Origin: an uncultured delta proteobacterium
GTDB lineage: Bacteria; Myxococcota_A; Polyangia; Polyangiales; Polyangiaceae
DNA length: 64,000 nt
Reading direction: 5' to 3'
NCBI GenBank assembly: GCA_963806225.1
Contig: CAWDXG010000004.1
Location: 2,912,001-2,976,000, forward strand
Below the pieces are notes generated by a model, which did not search any database, was not told where the DNA came from, and saw only the letters and a list, made by a program, of their open reading frames with translations. How positions within the stretch are numbered: position 1 is the first letter of the stretch; every line of letters starts with the position of its first letter. Below are positions 8,721-19,498 of the stretch, one piece after another. Position numbers and translations under genes: made by a program.

Positions 8721-10154
8721 TCAGCCAACGACGACGTCCTCGTGCTGGCTTCGCCGGATCTCTTCGCGCGCGTCGTCTTCCCTCAGCTCGTCTTCCCGGG
8801 ACTTCGCTCCACCGATGCGCCGGTCCATCACGGTGCAGGCAGCGAGGTCTCCCGAGACGTTGAGCACCGTCCGGAAGCGCTCGAGGATCTGGTCGACACC
8901 CAGGATGAGGCCCAGGCCAGCAACGGGGACGCCGGCACTCGTGAGCACGGTTGCGAGCACCACGATGCCGACCCCGGGCGTGGCCGGCGTGCCGATGGAC
9001 GCGCCGACCGATGTTGCCACCAACGCGAGAAGCGCCGCGAGCGGCAGATGCATGCCGTAGATCTGCGCCATGAAGACAGTCGCAAGACCCTGGTACAGGG
9101 CGCTGCCGCCCATGTTCATCGACGCGCCCACCGGGATCACGAACTGCGAGACCGAGGGGCGTACGCCGAGCTCCTCTTCGGCTACGCGGATCGTAACGGG
9201 CATGGTCGCCGCCGAGCTGTCGGTCGAGAAGGCCAGCAGCTGTGCGTCGCGCGCGCCGCGCATGAACCGCCATGGTCTGCCGTCCCCCAGAACCCGGACG
9301 ATGAGCAGGTAGACCAGCATCAGGACGACCATGCCCAGGAGCAGCGTGCCCACGTAGGCAGCGAGCCCGACCAGCGCCTCGATGCCGGTCGTGACCATCT
9401 GCCGCGCGAGCAGACCGAATACGGCGAGCGGGGCGAGCCGCATTGCCCAGCCGACGATCTTCATCGTCAGCTCCTGGATCGAGCCGAGCAGCTCGAGGAT
9501 CGGCTTGGCGCTTGTCGGCTTCAGGGCGAGCAGGGCTATGCCGATCAGGACCGCGAACAGCACCACCTGCAGCATCTGCCCTTCGACCATCGACTGCAGC
9601 GGGTTCGACGGGAAGATGGAGATGACGTGTTCGGGCAACCCGGTCGGGCCGGCCCCCCCCTTGCCCGCCGTTTCGGCGACGCCGAGCTCGCTCACCTTCT
9701 GCGCCGCCTGCATCGAGCGAGGGTCGATGTACGAGCCGGGCTTCAGCGCCAGCGCCAGGCCGATGCCGATGGCGGTCGCGATAACCGTGGTCACGACGAA
9801 GTACACGCCGAGCCAGATGCCGTTCTTCTTCAGCTGCTCGGCATCGTTGGAAGCAGCGATGCCCCGGATGATCGCAGTGACGACGAGCGGCATGACGATC
9901 ATCTGGATCAGCGAGAGGAAGAGCATGCCCGGCAGGGCCAACCAGTCACCGACGACCGCGGCGGTCCCGGGCTCGACCCAACCCACCGATGGCCCCAGCA
10001 GCACTCCGACGCCGACCCCCAGCACCATTCCCGCGAGGATCTGTGCCCACAGGTGCCCGGTGACCAACCGCTGCAGGTGCACCGCGGTGTGCTTGAGATT
10101 GCGCGGGTGGAGCTCCTCGAGCGCCCGCAACATGTTGTTGGGCTTCCGGTCCAT
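8721..10154 (-). CDS. Dicarboxylate/amino acid:cation symporter (DAACS, GltP-like)
   Basis: LAFSTDSSAATMP, PVGASMNMGG, GVDQILERFRTVLNVSGD motifs; start uncertain. Confidence 0.92.
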   Translation of the reverse strand: MDRKPNNMLRALEELHPRNLKHTAVHLQRLVTGHLWAQILAGMVLGVGVGVLLGPSVGWVEPGTAAVVGDWLALPGMLFLSLIQMIVMPLVVTAIIRGIAASNDAEQLKKNGIWLGVYFVVTTVIATAIGIGLALALKPGSYIDPRSMQAAQKVSELGVAETAGKGGAGPTGLPEHVISIFPSNPLQSMVEGQMLQVVLFAVLIGIALLALKPTSAKPILELLGSIQELTMKIVGWAMRLAPLAVFGLLARQMVTTGIEALVGLAAYVGTLLLGMVVLMLVYLLIVRVLGDGRPWRFMRGARDAQLLAFSTDSSAATMPVTIRVAEEELGVRPSVSQFVIPVGASMNMGGSALYQGLATVFMAQIYGMHLPLAALLALVATSVGASIGTPATPGVGIVVLATVLTSAGVPVAGLGLILGVDQILERFRTVLNVSGDLAACTVMDRRIGGAKSREDELREDDAREEIRRSQHEDVVVG

Positions 10155-10267
10155 CCGTCCCCACCGCCGACTTGGGAGCTGCATGGAAGGTGACGACGCT
10201 CCGGTCGGAAGCAAAGGTGATGCGCGCACGCCCGTGACCAACGTCATGCTCCGCTCGTCGAGGCCTC

Positions 10268-10296
10268 GTGGGCGCAGCAGGGCTCGAACCTGCGAC
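10268..10296 (-). other. 3' fragment of a tRNA (T-arm plus acceptor strand, Val-like); probable att-site remnant
   Basis: Minus strand GTC-GCAGG-TTCGAGC-CCTGC-TGCGCCC-A-C; no anticodon or D arm adjacent. Confidence 0.7.
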
Positions 10297-10299
10297 TTT

Positions 10300-10420
10300 G
10301 TGCGATTCCGCCGTCTGCGCGGGCGGGTCGACCCCGTCGGGCTCGTGTACTCGCTGGTGCTTGGCTTCGGCCGGGGCCGCACGAGGACGCTGGCCGCGCT
10401 CCGCCGCGCCTACGCGAACT
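10300..10420 (+). pseudogene. IS4-family transposase N-terminal fragment
   Basis: RVDPVGLVYSLVLGFGRGRTRTLAALRRAY resembles the N-terminus of IS4/ISH8-type transposases. Confidence 0.5.
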
Positions 10421-10466
10421 TTCACGCAACCGTCGGCGCCGTCGGCCTAACAGGGGAGCGGAGATT

Positions 10467-11135
10467 GTGAAGGAGGTCCCTAGGATCGTGCGCAAAGCGT
10501 TGATTTTCGCCCCGATCCTGGTCCTCGCCGCAACCGCCTGCGGAGCCCCTGGAGCGAATGGCAGCTCGGACCAGGCGGGTTCTTCTGCCTACCCGTCGGA
10601 GCTGTTCGGGGCTTGGCAGGACGAGGGGCAGACCGTGGTGTTCAAGCTCTCGGACCAGGGGCAATGCGTCGTCAAGTTCGCGGGCTATGCCTCGGCACCG
10701 TGCACCTATTCTGTCGCGCGGAGCGGAATGGGCCCGCCCACACCGAACCAGCCGTGGATCCTGCAGGCTGACTTCCCTGACGAGTACACGTCATACAACG
10801 TGGTCGCCATCGATCCCAAGCAGATAACGGTGAGCGACGGAGCCAAGCTGGAACCGCTGACGCGAGTGTCCGACGACCTGCTGAAGGATTGCGTGGGAAA
10901 GCTCCCCGCAACCTGCGACGGCTCGGACAAGCAGAGCTGCGAGACTGTGCCGGGCTGCTCGTGGTCCGCGTACTGCGAAGGCTATGGCTATTCGTGCGGT
11001 GCAGCACAATCCGCAGCATCTTGCTCGAGCAAGCCGGACTGCTACTGGAACGAGGGTTGCTCCGGCTCTACCGCGACCTGCCTCGAGCTTGGGCCCGACG
11101 AGTGCGACTCCTACCCCCCCTGTCACCTACGATAG
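10467..11135 (+). CDS. Lipoprotein with Cys-rich C-terminal repeats
   Basis: VLAATA-C lipobox; CxxxxxCxW repeats. Confidence 0.75.
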   Translation: MKEVPRIVRKALIFAPILVLAATACGAPGANGSSDQAGSSAYPSELFGAWQDEGQTVVFKLSDQGQCVVKFAGYASAPCTYSVARSGMGPPTPNQPWILQADFPDEYTSYNVVAIDPKQITVSDGAKLEPLTRVSDDLLKDCVGKLPATCDGSDKQSCETVPGCSWSAYCEGYGYSCGAAQSAASCSSKPDCYWNEGCSGSTATCLELGPDECDSYPPCHLR

Positions 11136-11347
11136 CCGGGGTCGCCAGCCACCGGATGAAGCGGGTAACGAAGCGCGACATTCACGGTCTGGGAGACCGC
11201 CGGGGGGCGGCCCATCGGGGCTAGCCCGAACGGTGCGCGGACGGCTTGTCTTTGCCACCGCAGGTCGCGCAGCGGCCGTCACCGGCGCTGGCGGTGGGAG
11301 GGCGCGCTTGCTCTGGCACCTGACCCGGGTACGCCCCCCCCGACCTG

Positions 11348-12121
11348 TTACGTGCAGGTATGGGTCGTCGTATCGCACGTCTGCGAGCAGCACTGGCCAT
11401 CCGAATTACAGGCCGTGCCCGACTGCGCACAGCAGGAGCCTCCCTGACACGCGGCTCCTGTCCCGCAACAGTCGCTCGAACTGGCGCACGACCCGCCTGG
11501 ACCGGAGCATGCACACGTGTTCGCGCTACCGCAGGCCTGGCTGCAGCAGTCGAGGTTCGACGAGCAGGCGGAGCCGACCGCCTTGCAGCCGCACAATGGA
11601 CCACTGCATGTGCACTCGGAGGTGCAGTTGGCTGACAGGCACTCGCCGACCACCGCGAGATTATTGAAACCAGCGAGACACTGCGAGCACTGTTGGCCAA
11701 TGCAGGTTGTGGGGTCGGATGCACTGGCACAATTCTGGTCCACGCACTGCAACAGCGCCGCGCACGCCGCGTCGTTGAGGCAGGCGCTGAGCGAGTCGCA
11801 GCACGTAGCCTGCATGCAGGTGGTGCAGTCCGCGCTTCCGAACGTCGCGTCCGAACACGTCTGGCCAATCGGCGCCGCGGGGCACTGCCCGCCTGCGTCG
11901 GCCGAGCCCGCGCTCCCGCCCGCTCCAGCGGCGCCTGTGCCGCCCGCGCTCCCGCCCGCTCCAGCGGCGCCCGCGCCAGAATCCGCGCCGGCAGCGCCGC
12001 CCGCTCCTGCGCCACCCGGCCCCGCGTCGGTCTTCGCTCCGCTCGAGAGCGAGTCGAGCCCGGCGGAACACGCCACGAGCAGCGCCGCGATGGCCAGGAA
12101 CCCTGCGGACGTCCGCCTCAC
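11348..12121 (-). CDS. Cys-rich lipoprotein with Gly/Ala linker
   Basis: ALLVA-C lipobox; C-terminal CxxxxDCC repeats. Confidence 0.8.
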   Translation of the reverse strand: MRRTSAGFLAIAALLVACSAGLDSLSSGAKTDAGPGGAGAGGAAGADSGAGAAGAGGSAGGTGAAGAGGSAGSADAGGQCPAAPIGQTCSDATFGSADCTTCMQATCCDSLSACLNDAACAALLQCVDQNCASASDPTTCIGQQCSQCLAGFNNLAVVGECLSANCTSECTCSGPLCGCKAVGSACSSNLDCCSQACGSANTCACSGPGGSCASSSDCCGTGAACQGGSCCAQSGTACNSDGQCCSQTCDTTTHTCT

Positions 12122-12355
12122 ATTGCGATGCTACACGACGGTCTTCAGCTCTGAAAGGCCGACGGCGAGGAAGTCCGACCCCATCCACGAAGTGTACGCC
12201 GAGCGGCAAGGGCGAGACAGTGCAGCGTGGGTCGAGGGCACGGATCGGCGCGAACAAGCTGGTGGGAATGCGCAACCGCGCGCCGCCGGCAGGTTGCCGG
12301 CGGCGCTTGCGGACCGTTCGCGTCCCGGCTTCTATGCCAGCCGGATGTTTCGCCC

Positions 12356-13894
12356 TCACCACCAGAACGAAGCGATCTCCGCGTGCGGCAGGATCGGCAC
12401 CCGGTCCAGCGCGCGCAGGCGCGGGTCGCCCGCGCGCAGAGCCAGCCCGCCGCCGATCGGCACGTAGCGGCTGGCGAGACGGTGACGCAGGGCCAGTGTC
12501 AGCATCTGCAGCCGGTAGGTGTTGACCAACCAGGTGCAACCCGAGGCGTCTGGCCCGTCGGCCCCCTGCATCCACTGCCCCTCGGCCTCGCGCTGGGCGA
12601 ACAGGGTGTCCACGTACCATTGCCTGCCGCACGGTGGGACGAAGTACGCGACTCCCGACGGGTCGACGATGCGGTCGCCGGCACGAAGCCGGCTCGCGAG
12701 CGAGCGCAGCGACGCGATCTCCGGGGCGGCCGGAGCGGCCAGGGCACGCAGGTAGGGAGACCACGGCAAGGACACCGAGACCAGCGCCCAGGCGAGGGCG
12801 AGGCCAATCCCCCAGCGCCGCCGCGAAGCGGGCGTGGTCAATGCATCGGCCAGGATGGCAGCCAGGAACGGCACCGGCAGGGCGAGCATGTAGGGCCAGG
12901 GGTGGGGGTGGACAAAGGGGAAGGCGAGGGCCGGCAGAGCCAGGGCGAGGGCCCAGACGGCGGCGCCCGAGGTCGCCGGCCCGCGCAGCCGACTCCGGAG
13001 AACGCTGACGAGAACCGCGCCGGCGCAACCGAGAGCCGCGATCCACCAGAGCGGATTGCGCTCCAGGTAGCCGCCGAGGCTCGTCCAGAGATCGGTACGC
13101 TGGGTCGCCACTGCCAGGTCGAGAAAGGTCCGGTACGTAGCGATGAAGGGCTGCCAGCCGCCGAGGACGACGACCACGAGCACCCAGGCGCCGGTGCCCG
13201 AGGCCACGCCGGCAGCGAGGCGGACGCCTCGCCGACTGACGATGGTGGCATCCGCGCGGCGCGAGTCGCGGTGGACTGCGAGGACTGCAACGGCGAGAAC
13301 CGCCGCCGCAAAGAAGACTCCTTTGAGATGGTGGCTCGCAAGCCACGCGACAGCCACGCCAAGGACGAAGAGATCGGCGCCCTTGCGGCGCGCGAGGCAG
13401 CCGCAGGCAACCAACAGGCCGAGGAGGAGCGCCGTGTCGTAGCGCAGTTCGTAGGCGTGGACGGCGAACGGCCCGACCGCCAGGGTGAGGGCGAAGGCCA
13501 GACCCAGGCGCCCGCCCCGGAGCTCGAGCCGGCGGAAGGTGAAGGCGAGGGCGGCGAGCACGGCGAGAGCCGTGGCGATCCGGGCGCTCCGGAGCGCCAT
13601 GCCCGGGTCGGCGATGGCGGTGCCGAGCCAGCCCAGTGCCAGCGTCCACGGCATGTAGAACGCCGGCGCCGAGGGGACGTGGTGCCAGTGGAGCCAGCCG
13701 GCGTGGAGCGCCAGGGACTCGTCGAAGTTGAGCCGCCGGGTGGCCGCGGTGAAAACGAACGCGACGGCCTCGAGGACCGCGAGAACGCCGGCGGCGATGG
13801 ACAGGACGCGGGCGCCACCTGCCGAACGGGTTGCCGGGCCGGGGACGAACCGCGGGTCGCCGGTGCCCTCCACAGGGGGCTCCGGCTCCGTCAC
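12356..13894 (-). CDS. Polytopic membrane protein, GT-C (ArnT/PMT-like) glycosyltransferase candidate
   Basis: Many TM segments; NFDE acidic motif after TM1; ELRYD motif. Confidence 0.6.
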   Translation of the reverse strand: MTEPEPPVEGTGDPRFVPGPATRSAGGARVLSIAAGVLAVLEAVAFVFTAATRRLNFDESLALHAGWLHWHHVPSAPAFYMPWTLALGWLGTAIADPGMALRSARIATALAVLAALAFTFRRLELRGGRLGLAFALTLAVGPFAVHAYELRYDTALLLGLLVACGCLARRKGADLFVLGVAVAWLASHHLKGVFFAAAVLAVAVLAVHRDSRRADATIVSRRGVRLAAGVASGTGAWVLVVVVLGGWQPFIATYRTFLDLAVATQRTDLWTSLGGYLERNPLWWIAALGCAGAVLVSVLRSRLRGPATSGAAVWALALALPALAFPFVHPHPWPYMLALPVPFLAAILADALTTPASRRRWGIGLALAWALVSVSLPWSPYLRALAAPAAPEIASLRSLASRLRAGDRIVDPSGVAYFVPPCGRQWYVDTLFAQREAEGQWMQGADGPDASGCTWLVNTYRLQMLTLALRHRLASRYVPIGGGLALRAGDPRLRALDRVPILPHAEIASFWW

Positions 13895-14104
13895 GGCCCG
13901 GGCGGGGTTCGTGGCTGCAGTGGCGGGCGGCGCGTCATCGGATCGCTCTGTCTAGCTAGCCCCGAAACGACCTCGCCGTACAGGAATTGTGCATGACAAC
14001 GTCGAGCGGTCGGCGGAGATGACGCGTGCACGGCCGGATGCCGCGAAAGCGCACGACCCGCAGAGCTCGATCGAGGCGTAGACTGTCCAGACGAGGCCGG
14101 AGGA

Positions 14105-16315
14105 GTGAGGTGGGGCAACCAGGAGCGACGAGCAGAGGGCGTTCATCCGGACTACGCGCAGGCGAGGTTGACTTTCCAGCGACCTCTGACGTTCGTGTTT
14201 GCCGGGGTATCGGTGGGCTGGGCCTTCGTCCTGTTCGATGTCCTGCGGCGCCACGACTGGGCGGGGGTACCCGTAGCTCGCCAGGTGCTGGGTTCGCTGG
14301 CGCTCTACGTCGTGGTGGGCGTCGTACTAGGCGGAGCTGCTTGGCTGGTCGAGCTGGGCGAGAGTGCGCTGACGCAGCGGATACAGGCGAGTCGCCCCCG
14401 GTTGGCGAACGCGTCGAGGGTAGCGCTCTACGCCGTGCTCGCAGCGGTCGCCAGCTGGAGCACAGGCTTCTGGGCGTTCAGCGGACACATGGCCTCGAGC
14501 GCGAGCTACGCCGGGTACGGGCCGTTCCTGCTGATCGGAGCATCGGCGGTAGCTGCCGGTCTTCTGGCGTGGGCGGTGGCGCGCACCTTCGCTGCGCTCC
14601 GTCGCGACAAGCGCCGCGGTCCTCTGCTTCTCGTCGCAATCGCGGCGCTGGCCGTGAGTGTCAGCTGGGTCGACCTGCACTTCATGTCGGGGCTCTACGG
14701 GCGGCTCCACACGGCGCTCGAGATTATCGCAGGCGTGCTGCTGTTCCTGACGGCCTACCCGCTCCTCTCGATGGTCGAGAGCCGCCGCGCGGTGTTGGGC
14801 ATGAGGTGGGGGGCCGGAGTCGCGCTGGCGTGGACGCTGCTCTTCTTCGGTATTCGGCCGCTGCGCACATGGTTGAACAGCGCGCTCGAGCACGTGTGGC
14901 TCCACCCGATCTACGTCGGCCGGATGCTGGCTCGCGAGCAGGAGGCCGAGGTGCTCCTGGTGCATCCCGGCGACTGGAACGACCCCGCGATGCTCCGGCT
15001 GGACAAGCTGCGCGCGCGCTACGGCGGCAGCATGACCCTCGATCCAGAGTGGGAGCGCCCGCTGGCCGAACCGCCCGCGTTCCGCGCAGCAATCCGCCGG
15101 GAGCGCGGCGATCGCCATGACTACAACGTGCTCGTCTACTTCGTGGATACGCTGCGCCACGATGTCGCGTCCGACCCCGGGACCATGCCCCACGTCGTCG
15201 CGTTCGCCCGGCATTCGCTGGACTTCAAAAACGCCTATTCAAGCGGCTCCGACACGTTGCGCGGCCTGCCGGCGCTGACGAACGGCAGCTACGAGCTGGA
15301 TGCTGCGCATCGCAACAACATCCTCGCGGTAGCGCGTCGGACGGGGCGCCGGCGCGTGATCGCCTTCCCGCAATCGGCGTACGAGTTCCTGGGCAAGCGC
15401 TACCCGGGCTTCAAGTTCGACGAGACGCTCGTCGTGCCCGACTATGCGCAGGAGCGGACGGATGTCTGGGCCTACGGCGCGGACCGGCCGACGGCCAGCC
15501 GCCTGGTCGACAGGTCACTTTCCTGGCTCCGGGAGAACCCTGGCAAGCCTTTCTTCATGTGGGTCTACAACTTCGACCAGCACAGCTGGCGCGAGCTCGA
15601 CAAGGACTATGTCGATCGGGTGGCGCGCCAGTATCACGTGCCGGAGCAGGGCGAGCTCAACCGGCGCTACCGCGTCGTGGCCACAGGGATAGACGCGCAG
15701 TTCGGGCGGCTGCTCGACGGCCTCCAGAAACTGGGTCTGGCGGACCGCACGATCGTGCTGTTCGTCGCCGACCATGGCGAAAGTCTGGGCCGGGACGGCT
15801 TCTGGGTGCACAACGTCTTCCTGTGGCAGTGCCTGGTGCGCGTTCCGTTGATCCTGCGAATCCCGGGCACACAGCCCGGGACCATCGACCAGAAGGTGTC
15901 GCTCGTCGACGTTGCGCCGACGCTGGCGCGCTACCTCCAGAAAGACCCGGACACGACCGGCTACCAGGGTGAGGATCTGCTCGGCTATCTGGTACCGCGA
16001 CGCCCCCCGCGGCGCCTTCCGTTCCTGATGTCCAGCGTCTCGCACGATGCACTGGTGCGCGTGGGGATCGTTCTCCCCGGCGAGCAGTGGAAGCTCGTCC
16101 TGACGCTCGACAACGGCCTACCCGCGCTCTACGACCTCAGCGCCGCCGATCCGGACGCCTCCGATCTGTCTTCCAGACACCCGAAACGGACGCTCGACCT
16201 TCTGGGACAGCTGGCGCGCTCGCCGATCTTCCCGCGGGGTGGCAATGGCGCGGCGACAAGCGTACCGACTCCGGGGCAACCAGGCGCGGACAAGCCTGCC
16301 ATTTCCAGGAAGTAG
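14105..16315 (+). CDS. Membrane-anchored sulfatase-like hydrolase/transferase (alkaline phosphatase superfamily)
   Basis: N-terminal TMs; NVLVYFVDTLRHD, ADHGESLG, VRVPLILRIPG, VSLVDVAPT. Confidence 0.85.
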   Translation: MRWGNQERRAEGVHPDYAQARLTFQRPLTFVFAGVSVGWAFVLFDVLRRHDWAGVPVARQVLGSLALYVVVGVVLGGAAWLVELGESALTQRIQASRPRLANASRVALYAVLAAVASWSTGFWAFSGHMASSASYAGYGPFLLIGASAVAAGLLAWAVARTFAALRRDKRRGPLLLVAIAALAVSVSWVDLHFMSGLYGRLHTALEIIAGVLLFLTAYPLLSMVESRRAVLGMRWGAGVALAWTLLFFGIRPLRTWLNSALEHVWLHPIYVGRMLAREQEAEVLLVHPGDWNDPAMLRLDKLRARYGGSMTLDPEWERPLAEPPAFRAAIRRERGDRHDYNVLVYFVDTLRHDVASDPGTMPHVVAFARHSLDFKNAYSSGSDTLRGLPALTNGSYELDAAHRNNILAVARRTGRRRVIAFPQSAYEFLGKRYPGFKFDETLVVPDYAQERTDVWAYGADRPTASRLVDRSLSWLRENPGKPFFMWVYNFDQHSWRELDKDYVDRVARQYHVPEQGELNRRYRVVATGIDAQFGRLLDGLQKLGLADRTIVLFVADHGESLGRDGFWVHNVFLWQCLVRVPLILRIPGTQPGTIDQKVSLVDVAPTLARYLQKDPDTTGYQGEDLLGYLVPRRPPRRLPFLMSSVSHDALVRVGIVLPGEQWKLVLTLDNGLPALYDLSAADPDASDLSSRHPKRTLDLLGQLARSPIFPRGGNGAATSVPTPGQPGADKPAISRK

Positions 16316-16441
16316 TGATCGCGGGACCTGTCGATCAGCGCCTCGATATGGCCCGTCCCGGCAGCCGGCAAGCTATCCGGAATCCGCGCCACCAGGTCAG
16401 CGCTTGCGCGCGCGGCGCGGAGTCCGTAGCGTGGCCAGTGG

Positions 16442-17596
16442 ATGCGCCTGTCGCACGTCTCCTTGCTTGCGTGCCTCTCCCTGGTCGGCTGCCAGGTGTA
16501 CACAAGCTCGCTCCTCGAGAGATCGCGCGACGCAGGCACCAACGTCGCCAGCGGAGGGCAGTCGAGCGATGCTGGTGGGGCCGGGGGCGCCGCGGCGGGT
16601 AGCGGAGGGACTGCGGGCGATGCCTCGACCTGCAACCCGGTCCATCCGCCTCCGCGTCCGACGCAACCGAGCACGGGGGCGGGCGGAGGCCCGGGCGACA
16701 TCGTGTTCGCGCTGAAGGATATTGTCCTCGACCAGGCCGGGGACAAGTGGCGCAGCATCGGCTACGATCTCGACGACCTCTGTTCCGATCCGCCCAATCC
16801 GACGGTGGAGTGCACGGCCCCAAGCGGCGGCCCAGCGGAGATCGATGGCGCGCGTGGCACGGACAACGCGTTCGGGCACGACGTGTTTCCGTTGGTCAAG
16901 ACGACGGATCCGACGGCGGAGACCCAAGCGCAATCGTCCCAGGACAAGGGGCGCGGAGCCCTCATCCTGCACATCAGCGGCTGGAACGGGGCAGACGACG
17001 ACCCGGCAGTGAACGTCTGGATGGCGCAGAGCATCTATGCCGTCCCCGCCGGTGCAACCGCTGCCGGCCAACCGAACTGGGATGGCACGGATAGGTTCTT
17101 CGTCGACCAGAGCGCGTTCGCCGGAGGCAATCTGGCCACGCCACTCATCGGCAACGACAACGCCTACGTCGTGGGACGGACGCTCGTGTTCCGGTTCCCC
17201 GAGCGGGCTCCGATCTACTTCCAGAGCAGCAACGGTATGTTCGTTCTCAAGCTCACCGACGCAACGCTCACCGCGAGGATTAGCGCCAACTCGACGAACA
17301 TGGATCCCGTCATCGTTGCCGGTCGCTGGAGTCTGGTCGACATCGCACAGAACTTCGAGCAGCTGGGGTTGTGCAAGGGCTCGTTCCAGCGGAGCCTCGC
17401 GGACAACCTGATGAAGAGCTCGGCGGACGTGCGCAGCACGCCCGGCACGGGCGGGCCGGGGGCCACCTGCGACGCGATCAGCGTCGGTCTGCAGTTCACC
17501 GGCTACCGCGGAATGGTCGGGGGGCTGGCGAGCTCGCCGGCGGTGCCGCCGAAGTGCAGCCCGGACGGCGGCACCAGCGACGGGGGCACCGGCTAG
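16442..17596 (+). CDS. Myxobacterial lipoprotein, hypothetical
   Basis: LSLVG-C lipobox; GYDLDDLCS, IDGARGTDNAFG and CDAISVG motifs. Confidence 0.8.
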   Translation: MRLSHVSLLACLSLVGCQVYTSSLLERSRDAGTNVASGGQSSDAGGAGGAAAGSGGTAGDASTCNPVHPPPRPTQPSTGAGGGPGDIVFALKDIVLDQAGDKWRSIGYDLDDLCSDPPNPTVECTAPSGGPAEIDGARGTDNAFGHDVFPLVKTTDPTAETQAQSSQDKGRGALILHISGWNGADDDPAVNVWMAQSIYAVPAGATAAGQPNWDGTDRFFVDQSAFAGGNLATPLIGNDNAYVVGRTLVFRFPERAPIYFQSSNGMFVLKLTDATLTARISANSTNMDPVIVAGRWSLVDIAQNFEQLGLCKGSFQRSLADNLMKSSADVRSTPGTGGPGATCDAISVGLQFTGYRGMVGGLASSPAVPPKCSPDGGTSDGGTG

Positions 17597-18589
17597 CTCC
17601 GGCTGTTCTCCGTGCGGCCCAAAGCGCGCCCGATCCAGATGTAGAAGAGGCTCCATCCGGTCAAGGCCAGATAGGCCAGTGGCCCCCTTCCCGTGAACAG
17701 GGCGGGGGTCACCACGAAGATCATGAATGCCCCGGAGAGCAACACCGCCCCCGAACCCCTCACGCTGCGTGAACGAAAACGGCGCTACGTCCGGCGTCCA
17801 CGGTGAGCGGTAACTCGAAGGAGCTACATCGCCGGACCCAGAGCGCGTCGCCCATCTTCACATGATAGCACGCCGCCACGATGGTCCCGCGGCTCGGGCA
17901 CCTTCGAGTTCTAGAAGTGCACGCTCTACCCGGCCCAGCCCGGCCCCATCGAGGCATCGGCCAGCTCGTTCCGATCGGTTCGGCAACGTCCGCGAGCGGC
18001 GGCGGAGAGGTCGTCGCCGCTTCCGTCCTTCGCGGACCAGTCGCCGCACCAGCGGTAGAGGGCGGTGAGCTCGTCAGCGGGCCGTCCACACTACGCGGGG
18101 CTCCCGGCCATGGAATGCGAAGGTCAGACGGTAGTAGCCCGTGTACGGCGCTTCGAACGTGGCCTGGTACGAGCCGTCCGCTGCTTGCTTCCACTCCAGA
18201 GTGGCGATCAGCAACTGGCCGAACCACGCCGAAAGGGCGCGCGCGATCGTTCCCCACCACCGGAAAGCGAATCCGGGTGGTTGCCCGAGCTGTTGGTACA
18301 GGACCTGCGCCGCGCTGCGATCCGCGCTCTCTTGTCGCGCTGTCGTCCGCAGTGCAAGGTAGCCTGCCGGTATCGACACGCATCTGGGGCGGCGCCGGCG
18401 CCGCTGTCGGTTCAAAGTAGTCGGTCGGCAATGGTCACGAGACGCTGATCGCGCGAAGTATGCTCGCATACGAGCCAGCGTGTTCCGCAGATTGCTCGTA
18501 CCGACGCTTCTCGATGCCGTGGCGCGAAGGGCTTGCCAGGACCCGTGCTCTCGCGGTCGAACCGGGCGAGTGCTCGGGGAGAAAGTCGT

Positions 18590-18780
18590 ATGCGAAGCAG
18601 TTGCACCACCAACGCGGATTGCGCTTCCGGCGCCTACTGCGACGGCACAGGGCACTGCGTCCTGCCGGCGGGAACCGGTGCCCCTTGCACTGCACAGTCC
18701 CAGTGCGGCAGCGGTCTGACCTGCGTCGACGGCGTCTGCTCCGGCGCTTGCGCACGGCAAGGCGATCCAACCGCCCTGCG
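18590..18780 (+). pseudogene. Cys-rich repeat gene fragment
   Basis: CTTNADCASGAYCDGTGHC...CGSGLTCVDGVC embedded in broken frames. Confidence 0.45.
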
Positions 18781-19169
18781 GAACTGCGGCGCGCCGGGGT
18801 GGACATCGGCTTACACAATACCGGGTCTGCGAAGTCGATCCGGGGCTATGCTGGCGGCGGGAACCCTCAGCGCGTCGCCCCGCCGACAGTCCTGGACGGC
18901 AACGTTGCCTTCTTCGATGCGATCACCGTCGAGAAGAAGAACGGCGCTATCCCGTGTTTCTGGTTGTCGCCACCAGGCAGTAGCGAGGCGTCTCTATCGC
19001 GCCCGGCGGTCTCGCCCCTTGCCCGCGATAAGGGCAGCGTGGATCGGGGAGGTGTTGTGCGTGGCGATCTGCGCGCCGAGGGCTGCGCCACTGGACTGCG
19101 CACTGGATGGCTGCCCCACGACTAGAGCCGCTCCGGCCTCGAGTAGCTCGTGGGGATACGCCCGCGGGG

Positions 19170-19290
19170 CTAGTTCTTCGCCCAGATCGCCACCCAGTCG
19201 ACTTCGATCCGCCCGACCGAGGCGTTGCCGGGCAGCTTGCCGTCGAGGTTCGTCTCGGTCTGCATGACGTAGTGCATCGACGTGGACGCC
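19170..19290 (-). pseudogene. C-terminal fragment of a GH16-like glycoside hydrolase
   Basis: Minus-strand translation SMHYVMQTETNLDGKLPGNASVGRIEVDWVAIWAKN*. Confidence 0.45.
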
Positions 19291-19498
19291 CTGGCCGATC
19301 ACGTGGCTTTGACCGTCGTGCTCCACCGCGTCGAACGGGCTGCCCGGCAATGAGCGCGCGGCCATCGGTCCAGCGGAGCACGTCCGCGGGCGCAGCTTCC
19401 GAGGAACCGGATTCGACTGCTGCAGCGCCGGCTCTGCACGCGACGTAGCACGGTCGCAACGCGCATTGTGGCAGCGGCGGCACAGCGGCCTCTGTGAG

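Noticed and set aside
10230..10345. Complete tRNA gene
   Set aside because: Only the T-arm and 3' acceptor strand are present; no D arm or anticodon arm.
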